DNA from: Laetmonice hystrix
Taxonomy: Eukaryota
Length of the DNA stretch: 64,000 bases
Direction: 5' to 3'
Assembly: GCA_965235115.1 (NCBI GenBank)
Contig: OZ249439.1
Span: 17,918,001 to 17,982,000, forward strand
In this document: in pieces, positions 51,446 through 64,000 of the stretch
How the letters are laid out: each line of letters opens with the position of its first letter
Numbering within the stretch: the stretch's first letter is position 1
Notes under the pieces: generated by a model
What the model was told of the DNA's origin: nothing
Seen by the model: the letters and a program-made list of their open reading frames with translations, nothing else
The model's database searches: none
Made by a program: the position numbers and the translations under genes

Positions 51446-52987
51446 CTGTGGTAAAAAGAAAACCTAACACCGTGATTGCAGCTCATGGTCTCAGGTGCCT
51501 TCTATTCATTAGCTGGTGTCTTCCTACCCTTATGCAATATCACTAGTGGTTGGCAAGGCAATTAGCTTCAAGACATTACATGTATACTGATCAGTGGGAT
51601 GCACCCCTGTTCTTACCGACATCTTTTTCTCCAAACTTAGCTTTTGCCCACCTATCATTAGCTACATCCACAAGTCATTTCTGTTCATTCATCTAAGCTG
51701 GATAACAATACTGCATAATAATTATATATACGGTTTTCTATTTCTACTGTGGTGTAATTACTGTTGCTTACGGCAAGTCAACACTATTAAAACATCCCTG
51801 GTAGTTCTAATAAAAAACCACTATCATAGAAAGGTTAATCATTATTTCATTCAAAGCTCGCCGTGAGGTCCAATAAACATTCCCAAAGAGTACATGTACT
51901 GGGCGACTACTCTCACACCAGTATGTAAGTAAGTAAATATATAATAGGGTACTGTCAGTTTTGCCACTTATTTTGAATAAGTGAGTCTAATCTGATCAAT
52001 CATGATCCGGCATTCCCTTGACACTGCCGATGCACTTAGATAAAGCTTCTTTTGGCACAAACCAAGCTTCGGATCGTCGGCTATGACTCTGACGTCATTC
52101 GGCGGCAGTGGTTTAGCTGCCACATGGGTGGGACGTCAGAGTATAAGTGCACTTCGCAGCATATAGCTCAGCAGCACCACTCCTGACTTCAGCCTACGTT
52201 CAGGATCTAAAGATGCTCCACAACAAGCTTTGAGAATCTTTCAGTTACTCAGTTGTATACGTGCAGACATTTATTATCACAAGATATTCTTCTCAGAATA
52301 GTGTAAGATTCCTATCAGTACGTCGATACTTAGAAAGAGTTTTAGTGCCGTCTTACTCTTTACCGAGAAATCCTCACAAACTAGGCCTCCACGTGAGATA
52401 TTTAGAACAAGGTATTAACTGTCCCCACACTGACAGGAACATGTCACTATTGGACGTTACTTGCATACGATTGTAAAAGTGTATTTTACAATGACAGACA
52501 TGTCACGGAAATCCTTTATATTATATGCGCCAATTCCCAGGAAATGGGTTCCTAGCTGACAGCAGTATCCTATCATATTGGCACGCTTCATTGTCAGTCC
52601 AATACATACAAAAATAGTTTTTATTGCCAGAGCTCACACACATTGGAGAGGCAAGTGTCCAGAGCAGACCTGATAACTTTGACGGCTTTTATTGTAATCC
52701 TAAGGCTGAGAGTAGTCAATATCTCATTCACTTCAACAAAAAAGGAACACCAAAAGTTCCATCTACATGCACAAGATATGCCAATGCAAATGACACACAT
52801 GAACTATAACACGAGTAACTACAAAGGTTGTTTCATTCTACCTATACCACATGTCCTATAAATCTCACGTTTCCAGCACTGTCTCTTGAGGAGAGCTACT
52901 TACAGAGATAGCACATTCAGCCCTCACATGCTATGTCTGCTATAGAAACTGGGGTACAATATAAACTCAAACATCAACTCAACTTAC

Positions 52988-53074
52988 CGTGTGTTTTTGT
53001 GATTCTGTGGTCATCGATACTTTCATGATCTGACACTGACACCCCACTATCTGCAGGACTTGGCGGTAATGATG
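52988..53074 (-). CDS. E74: E74 exon with the conserved PPSPADSGVS motif
   Basis: Not in the ORF track: (x)SLPPSPADSGVSVSDHESIDDHRITKTH(G). From recall, PPSPADSGVS is also present in Drosophila E74. Acceptor ttttgtcctttcag|, donor G|gtaagt, 87 bp, phase 1-1. Confidence 0.85.
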
Positions 53075-53425
53075 CTGAAAGGACAAAACATGCATATTGT
53101 ACTTAACATACTACACAAACCAATCGTATATGGCGGTCATATTTATTTCTGGTCAAAAGGAAACAGATAGGATAGGGCGTCTAAATAACACAGAATGATA
53201 CACACTGTGCTACCTACTTCAGAATAGATGACGTTTACAGAACCCAGCAATCGTGCTCAAAGATTCTCTTCACGGGGATAGGTACTTTAGTAGCAAACTG
53301 CAGATGACTTGATTTATTTCTACCCAGACAGATGAACCTAATAACACTCAAATCGTTTCGGTTCGGTTTCGGTGTATAGAATAGCGGTAACGGAGTGTAT
53401 GCCCAAGGTGCCTGGGTCCTGGTGT

Positions 53426-53440
53426 CCACCAGAGGGCGCC
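53426..53440 (+). promoter_or_regulatory. CTCF-like core motif
   Basis: CCACCAGAGGGCGCC, 350 bp upstream (in gene sense) of the PPSPADSG exon. Confidence 0.6.
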
Positions 53441-56400
53441 CGTGTGGGCAGTTTGCCGGTCAGACTTGTACCGGCGGCATACAGAATGGCTGCCTTAGGA
53501 TGTTTTCTGCCAGTATTGTCCGTACACCTTGAGAGTGCAAACCGTTTAACCTGGCCAACCCGTATGGAATCCTCGCAACCACCACCACCTTGGCCTTAGC
53601 CCAAGCGCTATCAGACCAGCTTTGTCCCCGATACATCATACATTCGATTGCCATCTGCATCCTGAGATGATCGAACAAAGGACCATCCTGAATCAGCGGC
53701 AAGTCTCAGAAATGTTAACGGGGCGTCAGATATCGCCGCTTTAACACAGTTTATCTGGACACGGGACAATCTTTAATCTCAAACTTACAGGGGAAAAAAC
53801 TGAGGCAAAGAAAAATGGTAGTTAAGTGTTAAAACATGACACAGATCTACTCTGTAATGCATGAACCTAGGGAAGATCTTGGTCATTGTCTCAGACAGCA
53901 AGTAGCCAGAGGAGGGCTTGGCGCCAGCGCCGTGTTTGGCAAGGGTTGGCTTGGGGATCCACTCATAGGTAGTACGGTCGGGTCGGACTGTCCTACCCTT
54001 ATTCTGTGTCATCAACATCACACCCAGTAACTTCACATTCTTGGCACGGATTAGTTGACAGCTAAACAGTTCCGCTTCCATTTGCATGGCCGCGTCACAG
54101 TCAACCACAGTCAACCTATTGACATGCTACGGGTGGGAGAAAAACACTTCAAAAGAGAGACGTACTAAGGTCAAAGTTGGATTATGCTTTTCATATTGAT
54201 GACTGGAGTTTGCGCAGCCAATCCCTATGCAGCAAATAGTTATACATGTATATCTTTATGTGAGAATTTTGGCACAATATGATTCCAAGAAATGGATGGA
54301 GGGCAAAGTCTCATGACGTCGGTGATAATGTTTACTAATACCGGTATATAATAAAAGTGAACTTCTCCCACGAAACCATGCTGGCAACTTCACGTTCAAC
54401 TAATGACATATCCTAGGTATTTCTGGTATGATGAGGGCAAGTTAACATCCACTGAGCATGACTACATACAACGTACAACGGTCCTGGTAATTCCGTCCTC
54501 TTTCTTACTGCTCAACACTGTATAAACAAATATTGCCTCAAGTCTAGAAGCCATCAATACACTATTTTATCTCGCTTTAAAGGTCAAGGTCACTACCGTC
54601 TTAAAAAATTATCCGTGTTAAAAACTCGAGTGGGAAAAAGTATTCAGAAAGTATGATAATAAATGGTCACGCTGTTGTAGTACTTCCCGGCGGTTTATTG
54701 TGTAATCGCTCTTAGATTTATACACTCCCTAGGGGCAGCGTGTCACAATCCTGCCAGTGCCAGACCTCTGCAACCGGTCCAGACAAATTCTAAACCAGCT
54801 TCCCAAGTTCTTGATCGTTCTCAACCAGGCAATTATACAGTAGCACATAAAACCAACTGAGAGGCTATCTTTTTCGTTTTTCATGTTCTCCACCAGTATG
54901 CCAACATAAACGGGATACAAACTTCAGGGGGATAAAACCTTGGAAAATTGAGGCCGGTACAGAACTATTCATCAGATAATTGCGTTCTATTTCTGTGGAG
55001 GCATAAAATACATAATTTTTTGGGGTTAAATGTAATATGAAGGCAATGAAAACAGTGTGTTAAGTAATGACCTCACTAAAAGACACAGGGAGAAAAGGCT
55101 GTTCATGACAGCACGGCAGTACGTGCATATAGATTGCCATTACCTGCCTTTATAAATTTCACAATTTAATTTTTACCATGAACGATAACGAAAGCATTTC
55201 AGCATTAAAACTATCTAACAAAAGACCTGCCCGCACCTTTTGCGACAATAACTGTATATTTAATATTTAAATTATGTAATAATATGTGATATAAATGCAA
55301 GTGTGTATGGGCAATAATTTTATACTCTATACCCATTCCTATTAAAGATATAAATGCTTCTTAATATTTTTTCCTTTTTTTTGGGGGGGGGGGGGGAAGA
55401 GCAAAATCTAAAAGTACAGAAAATGGTTTACAGTAGTCCCCCTCCCTTCAGCAAAAATATTTTTAAATTTTCAGCCACTTTCAAGATTGACCTTTGTGTC
55501 TACTAACCTGTGTTAACCTTTTGTAGATGAATCAATGCTTGGAATGTTTTTGATTCAGTAGTTGTCGGGGATGAATCCATGTGAAGAGGTGTTTCCCTCC
55601 CATTTTCCTCACCATTTTTGTGTTGCTGCTTCTCGCAGGCGTCAACTGTAACATCATAACAGGGAAGAATGACGTCAGAATTAGTGTGCTATTTCATATG
55701 AATTGTGGCCACATTTCCTATCCTGACGCAATGCAACTCACTGATCAAATTTCATATTCATGTAAATAACCTGAAAGCTTTCGAAAAGAGCTGCACTGCC
55801 TAAACGAGATATCCGAGAGCTCTTTTTTCGGCCTCCAAAGTAACCCCATCAAGGATGGTAGGATTCCTTCAGGCTGACTATCTGCGATTTTTGTTCATGT
55901 TTACCCTTACAGGTGTTTTACACCTGTTGATTGTATCTTAGCAGGACACCGAGGTCCCTCGCTGTTGACATAAACCGCAACCACAGACTTTCTACAACGT
56001 GTACCATCCCCCTCTTTCTTTATCTGGAAGATTTGTTCAACATGCTACACATAATTTCACGCGAAGACCAGGGAGGAAGCGTTCTGACGACTATACGCTA
56101 GCCAGAGCCCATGGCATGCACATAACATTTGGTGTAAATGTCAGGGGAGAGAGGAGAAAGAAATGGGAATGTCAACGTTAGCAGCATGTGATCTGCCCGA
56201 TGCGTGTCACGGTCTAAAGCTCCCTGTCCACACTGGGTCCCGGCCCACCAACACAAAATATACCTTCAACACTGTCTCTTTTATGTGTGGATCACAAAAG
56301 AACTACTGGGGACTTTTTGTGGTGTAACAATATCTGTTTAATGTTGGGACCTAGCAATATAATGGTCGCCATTGTGGACCTCTTTCGGGGTCACTAGAGT

Positions 56401-59400
56401 GGCCTTTTTCCTAATGTTCAAATTTACTTTGGACAGATTCCCTCTCACCCAATGCAGTTCTCTACCACTGCCCATTTGTTGTCTCTTCCCTTGAATGCTG
56501 CACCCTTTCCTCCGCAAAAACAAGTACGCTATTCGAGTCACAACACATCGTTCAGTGAGTAACTTTGATCTACTTTCTAAGGTTGCCAAGGATGCTCATA
56601 TGGGTCTGACTCACTGCATTCTTCCTTAGCTCTGAATCATCAAAAGGAGACATCTGATTTTTGCTTCCTATTTCCCTCTCGTGTTCTACTTTCTAACCAT
56701 TTAACTCGTCGGGTCTCCACTCATATTATGTTATATACACCGTACCGATAACCAATTTACCGATACAGAGGCAGAAACGGATGACTAAAACCACACCGGC
56801 ATGTTTTCCCCCTTCTTTCTTTCTTTTTTGGCTTAAGTTTTTTTCTTTCCTTCAGAGGAGGACTGAGGGGGTGGGGGTGGTAACGCTTCGTTGAACCGGT
56901 GTCAGCCAGCGCTGATCAACCACAATCATTTCAAACATGACAGCTTGCCATGAAAAAATGTATGTGGATGTTCCAGCGAATGCGATTTGTACTGTTGCTC
57001 ACAACCACAATCGGGGCACCGCTACACGGCTGACTTCACCGATATATCACAAGGCGGGCATTCCAGGACAACTGGTCTGTGAAAGTACTGAACATGTACC
57101 GTGATAGAAGTACGCAGTTTCAGACAGAGGGTTCAAGAATCTACAGACACCGAGTGCAGGCTACTTTAAAAGTCACACTTGTTCAACCCCTCCATATCAA
57201 CTCCTTTGATGACGCCTGGACCCGGGCCACTCCCAATGGACCCCATCTCATTTACATTCCGACACCATTCCAAAACTTGTTATTCCTCAAGATCATGTGC
57301 TTCCTTGAATCAACATTCAAGACGCATAGCCATACGCACAGGTTTTAAACCAATTACTCTATATTTTCACCGCACCATTTGTCCCAACTAGAATTTGTGG
57401 CAGCGAGTCTGGAACACTTCCCCCACCAGCGCGACTATGAATTGAGAGGGTTGATCACTAACCAGGAAATGACTAGAGCTACTTGGGCATGAATATCACA
57501 TCGTAACGGGGCAAGTCTGAGGTGATGGATGATCATCATGTGCTGGTCATCATTCAATCAACGGTGGAACAACACAACTGTTCTCCTACCAAGGTCGGGC
57601 CGCGAGCCATCGAAATGAATCTTATTTCTGGTGACTGGCCTGAGGCCGATTTTGGTCATGGCAGAGGGAGAGTACCAGTTACACTATCCACGCCACTTAT
57701 GATTTAGAAATTTGATCAGATCCTCTGGGAGGACTCAGTCCGAAATAATCTTTGCGCGAGTGACCGTTCTTACTCTTCAAGGGGTGGGAATTTACACTTG
57801 TCATCAGACACGCCCCCATCTTGGGGTTTGCCCTGACCGAGTCACACCCTGAGACAGCTATATCTCATGTGATCCCCGGTGTGACTCTGAAGGTTATATT
57901 TGCTTCCTGTCTTTCACGACGAGTTTAGGTGCTAGTCATTGCTAAGTTGACATAAGAATCTTATGAACACACAACATCCATGTACATGATACCCCATTCC
58001 TCCCATATACAAATATGACAGATCCACACATGCACATTTTCAACCACGTACGTCGTGCTCATCTCAGTTTAAATCGGCTGCTATTAACTACAAAAATACT
58101 GTAGTGTTTTATATTTGAAAAGGAACTGCATAACTTGTTTTTGCGTGGTCATAACTGATAATCACGGTTACCTATATAAGCTATAATTTATAAAATATAA
58201 GTATTATGGCCAATAAGCAGTTTCACCGTTTACACAGTAGGCGTTTACATAATTGTTTAAAGCCTTGGGTGCGGTTCTGGGTATCAATAAAAGAAATCGC
58301 AACACTTGACTCCTGAATAATTTGACACTACTGTCCGTTGTTACTGCTAACACAGTGTAGTAAACACCTGGCCTCCACTGTCTCCCCATACACAAACAGT
58401 GGTGTCTTTCTCAGCTCCCGTTTTCCGTCATTCATGCCGGGATGGCTGGCTCCTCGTGGAGCCGCGTAACATTGTAAAATACGACGTCAGACGGTGTCGG
58501 ACAACGATCATCTATTTGTGCTTCACGGGTTAAATCCTGCCGGAGTGCCGTCCGCCGCTTTTTACAATACCCACGTATATGCGATATTTACTTGTCCCCT
58601 GGCGTCGCTATTTTTGGATGTAATGACGCGCAGACTGTTCAAATATAGATCTGATGTGGGGGCTGCGAGTGACATTGATCCAGAGGTCAGAGCTACGGAC
58701 CATGACAATCTTGGCTGGGGCTATCGGAGGCGTGCGCGGAGGCTGGCCAATACACTCATGTCTGGGCCAATTCTATTTTATAATGCGTACACTTTCAGTG
58801 TCAACAATAAAACTTTAACGCGGAATTCCTGTAAAAATCTACTTCCAATACGCTTCTGAATGTAACTGATCCCATTCAATAGTAGGGAGACAGGAAAAAC
58901 ACGTTCACTTTTCTTTTCCTTCAGCCTGGCGAATATGACATCATGTATGCGGTTACATCTGTCTTTAGTATTATCATACAGTTAAGATAAATTATTGTGG
59001 TACAATTTACAGGCCAATCAAACCAACTGATTGTTCAAAAGTAAAAACAAATCAACTTCTTACTTAAGTTACTATAATTAGAAGAACGTTTTGCCAATTC
59101 GTGCGTTAGTAAAGACTGCAGGCCATGATGCGCAAGCCTTCCTACGTCACCAGCCATTCTATCTATTGAGGTTAGAAATCGTGGCTTCCATGACGTAATA
59201 AAGGTTTGCTCGACCTCCCGACTGAGAAAATTGTTCGCAATGATATCACTAATTACACCCTGAGATCAAGATGTGTATCCTGAACTAGCAAGGTTTGAGG
59301 GTTAGAATAGTTCCTGGTTGGCTGTTTCATTCATTGATACTCGCTAGGAAACTGGTTTATCCCCTGACAATCTGTCACAGATATCTTTCAGGCACCACAT

Positions 59401-62400
59401 TTTTCCTACTGGACACAAAGGCAGGCCAGGGGATCCTGGGCCCAGTACCATCACATAAGTTGCCCTGGCTTACTGCCAGAAGAGCTCAAAAAGGCAAGTC
59501 CATATAAACTAGTTCCCGTTTGGTATAATTTTGAGATAAATCACTGGCATAGCTTCGTGTTCTTCTGGGGTTGTGACCTAAAAAAAAAGACAACCAAAAG
59601 GCGAACTTTCAAACGCCTCATCAATCAAAGCTTGGAATGTGAGCGAACAACGAATGGAAGTGTTACTGTGGGTGTGGCGCCGGTCGAGGAATACCTGCAG
59701 TGGTGGAGGCTGCACAGCGAGCGATGGCGGCCCCCTCTGTGGTTATACTCTAATAATCATCCAAGTGTTTGAAGTCTGAAATCATATCCTAATTATGGCT
59801 ACCTGGTTCGCATGTCTCGGGTGAGTTTAATTGATGACAATGCTCTACATTGTTTCTTCAATCGCAGCTTCTTAGAGACCCTAACCCGACTTCTACATGT
59901 GAGCACCCGATTTATATCAGCGCATGTGACCCGTGTCAAATTTGACATACTCCTGTCAACCATATCAGGTCATCAGCTACTGGGTTTAAATATTCGCTCC
60001 CTAGATCTAATCAAAGGCCCCTACTTATCTAGGTGGGTACCGAAATGGGGCAGGGCGTCATCCTCAAGCCATACACCAACCTCCATTTTTCAGGCTGGTT
60101 GCCAAGGAAATAATAGACCAATTGCTTGGAGCAGACAAGCAGGTGCCTGTTGCTCTGCAAGTACAACAGGTCAGGCATGAAGCAGCACACCGGAAGCTGT
60201 GCGCCCCTCTCAGTGTCAAGCCGGAGCCGAGTGTTACACCTGCCTCAGTGTCTCCTCACAGGGGGTGGATTCCTCAAGTCAACGGCCTTTTGTTCACACC
60301 TGCTGCCCTGCAAGGCCCACTCTACTTGACTCTTCTCCTTGGGTTCAGATTCAGGGAAACTGATGAGAGAAAATTGTGGCCCAGAACACCACCTCTTTCT
60401 TGCTGCTGCCGCCCTAAATGCTGCCTCTTCATCATGACTAGATGGGCACACATAGAGTGCCGCAATCTGCATGAATGGCTCGCCCCATATTACCCAATTT
60501 CACCTGTCAGTTTTATTTGCTGAGGTGATACATTTCTTACTCTATAGGCAGGTGACTGCGGTGTACTCATGCGTATCTGTAGACACATTAACGCAATCCT
60601 CTTGTCAACTTTAGTCTGGCTGAGGGGGGCCCATGTTGATTCCAAACCTAAAATGCTATTTAGGTTTTCACGTCACACAGAAGTGACGAATGGCGGTCAT
60701 TTGGAGCAATTCAGTGTATTTCTTGGTACATTTGTTCATTTGGAATTGGGAGGTCATACATTGTACCAGGACCGCTACAGTAGTACCTGCACTACATAGG
60801 ACATTGCGGCTGTTAGCTACTGTGATACTGTTGAATGGTCAATTGGGGAATGGCTAGAAACCGACAATACCTTGAAAATAAAGTTAAAACTTAATTCTTG
60901 ATTACCACGTCCTTAAACCACTCCGCGTTAGTTTGACTTTGGCGCCGGTTGAAATCAACTCCTTGAACATCATTAGAAGCCAAAGAACGGGACTCTGGGC
61001 TGTCGAGTCTGGATATTTCTTCCCTATGAAAACCACTCCCTACACAGGGATCAAAAGAATAATGACCAATCCTATCAACACTTAGGTAGGGCCTGGGCCC
61101 GGTTCCTAAAATCTTAAGATCTTACTTTAGTTTAGGCTTAACGCTTCTGATTGGCTGGTCTGCTTAGACCAACCAATCTCGGGCCCCGCTCTACTTACTC
61201 GTCTACTTTCCATAGGACGGTTAACATGCACGTAACTTATGGGCGTCATTTAATTACCTTTAATACTACCGACTTCTTACCTTTCACAACATCGCTATAG
61301 AAAATAAGCCCTAACAACCTATGATAGGCAGGAATATTTTCTACCAGGTCTACGCCTACAGCTCTGACGAGATTTCACTTTGACCATTCCGAATATGCAA
61401 TACTTTTCTCATGATATTTCAATCCTTCAAGAAAGCGAGAAAGATGAAACAAAAGACACACCCTGTCCAGAGACAGAAATATTACAGCGGAAGAAAATTA
61501 ACGTAATATGCTAGCTCCATGAAATCCACGGCATGTTTGTGTCATTACTGATTAAAGAATAACGTCATTGGTCCATTAATCTCTGCTTTCTAGGAAAACA
61601 AAGCTGCATACTTCAACCATCACTCCCTTGTGCGTCATCTGCACCGATCTTGTTATGGCCGCGGCACCAACAAAGAAAGGATGTGTCGGTTTCTTTGAAT
61701 GGAGACGCTTCGCTGTTCTGCAAACGTGCAACTAGTTTATGGCCTGACATTATTAGAAAATCCCCTTGGGGAGGGTACAGGCAGATATTAAAGGTCTCTT
61801 TTGTTGAAGGTTCATCTTCGTAAGATAATTTGTCAAGCCGAACTCTATCCTAGATTTCAGTAGTGGTTGGGGGGGGGGGGGCTCTCTGGGACTGAGCTTA
61901 ATCTCCTTTTTTTATCCAATTACCCCAATCCACCACACCACAATTACTGTTCCGAAATTTTAATTCAAGTACCGTAGTAGAAAAATATAAATCGGTACCA
62001 TCACTGCTGGATAACGAGGTTAAGACATCTGGGGGTAATTAGATGAAACAATCAATTCATCTGGGCTCATAATGTATGATAGAAGGTTCCTCGCGGAAGT
62101 AAAATTCAGATGTTTTAGTCCTTGGGTGTAGACTAGTAGCAAGCGATACACACCCGCTATTGATCACTGTCACCCTGCACCATACACCACTGCGCGACAC
62201 CATTCACCACAAGTACATACATCAGCCTAGATCGAGTTTTTATTCGAACCTGCCAGTACAGAAGCCCCTCCCCAAGGATATCAGGACAAGCTCCAGTTTC
62301 AAGGTTGCCAAAGTAATGCCGGCTACTTCATTGAAATCTAGTATTGGCCGAGTGTAGAACAAGGAAGTATGGACACATACTTTCCTAGCCCGAAATTTGC

Positions 62401-64000
62401 ATTAGTATTGCCCTCAGATGGTAGCTTTGACCATTACCTTGAGAAGTGCTGGCCTTCCCGCCCCAAACAAGCATAACCACAGCTCTGCCAGCATACACTC
62501 ATGCAAGAGTACCACCTAAAGACAGACACGACAAATCACCCCAACGAGACGGGACTATTGTGACTGGTAAAGTCCATCCCATCTTGGACAGCCTTAACTC
62601 TTTGATTGACCTCTTCACTCGCCAGAACCACTATAACCCCTTGTATGACCTCGACCTTTCGACCTTCGATTTGCACTGCCTGTTCTATTTACATACCATC
62701 TGCATAGGACTGCCATTACCCCGGAAACCTTTCAGGGCGTGGTGCTCGAGCATGACGTGGGGACAGGCGGGGGTCCCTCCCCTGACCTTTTATCTGACCT
62801 GTCTCCAGATATTGATGCCCTTTTTGTAATAAGTAGGGTTGTTACCTATAGAGTCCTCTCTGGGCAGGTAATCAGGGCAGCATCCGGTGTCGGGCAGTGT
62901 CCAGCAAGCGGGGTGCCCCTGGTCACTGCCATGATGGAACACCTCACTCTTTTATTGCGAGATGACCTTCACCACTGGTCAGTCTGACCTTCTCAACTCT
63001 GACCCTGTGGGCTGATTCTCTCCGTACGTTAAAGTCGCGGGCCGTATTGTCAGTGAGGACCCCTGAACAACTTATCTGATCAGTAAAGATGTTATTGTTC
63101 TACCCATTACTTTCAGTTAGAATCCATCTTGTAATTACCATTCTTAGAAAGATGAGGGTCTGTTGTAATCCTGCACTCACAATACCCCTGACCTACCGAA
63201 CTGACCCCTGAACACTACCCCCCCCCCCCCATCCCACCCATATCCGTCTTATCCAAGCTGGTCTTTTCTCAGACCACAATAGCGGGTGTCAGCAGGTGCG
63301 GTCTACATCATCGCGCCCCCAGCCTCCATAATCAGAAAAGAAGAACGAGTTGGCCCTCCAAACATATTACCAATGTTCCCAGCACACTCATGATGCGAAC
63401 CGAGACCCTCCATCAGTTTTATACCGATACTCAGTACAGCTTGGGATATGTTCGTCTATTTTCGTGGGTATGGATTAAAAACGCGCGAGTAATACCAGAT
63501 ATTTTCATGTCACGTTCAAGTCACACTGGAAGCTCCATTACTCTTCCATCAGACAGCCTCAGTAGTCTGTCTGTTAATGTTCGAGAACTCTGCCGTATAT
63601 CTATTTCAGAACGAGAGAGAATGGTACTTGCAAAGAAAAGGGCACACTGCCCACGCCCACAGACGTCTATTTATAGCTGTGAAGGACTTGCTTTCGATTG
63701 ATATGTGTAGCTCATAATATGCTCTGCTACAGCCTGAAGCTATTTTCACTACAACCGCTTCTATATATAGCATGCTTTTAATAACATCATCCGTGCAGTC
63801 TACACGCAGCGAGATTACGATCGATTACTCTTTATATTTGGATCACTCCGCATCATCATTTACGTATTCATTGTCATATTTCCTGCCCTGCCAAGGCAAA
63901 GAGCCATCGTTAGACTTAGTAGTGTATACTACCATACAAAGAGCTTCACTGACATGATTGTCCTCAATATAATTCTAGGGCTCAGATATAACAAACATTG

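Noticed and set aside
54577-54600. TTAAAGGTCAAGGTCA as a second Kolobok-like end or nuclear-receptor direct repeat
   Set aside because: No matching right end found; a single unreplicated motif.

Overview
Eukaryotic, intron-rich animal DNA; no prokaryotic operon, CRISPR array, rRNA or tRNA is visible. An invertebrate, probably lophotrochozoan, source is inferred from the protein sequence only. (1) A minus-strand E74/Eip74EF (ELF-class ETS transcription factor) gene, of which I rebuilt five in-frame exons with GT-AG boundaries: 53074-52988, 51445-51299, 36508-36269, 33368-33176 and 30739-30631 (stop). These give about 257 aa; the 5' exon(s) were not found. (2) A minus-strand first coding exon at 23473-23404 encoding a signal peptide inside a CpG-rich promoter region. 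(3) A minus-strand exon at 8063-7860 encoding the N-terminal half of a degenerate F-type-lectin-like domain, possibly from the same gene as (2). Non-coding structure includes a ~950 bp higher-order minisatellite, two MITE-like elements (one with a TTAA target-site duplication), short tandem duplications, and three motif clusters: CTCF-like cores at 22-31 kb, TGACGTCA (CRE) sites within and upstream of the mapped E74 exons, and AGGCCT palindromes around the 23-26 kb promoter. Nearly all ORFs in the supplied track look spurious. I found no convincing novel enzymatic system; the best leads are regulatory.
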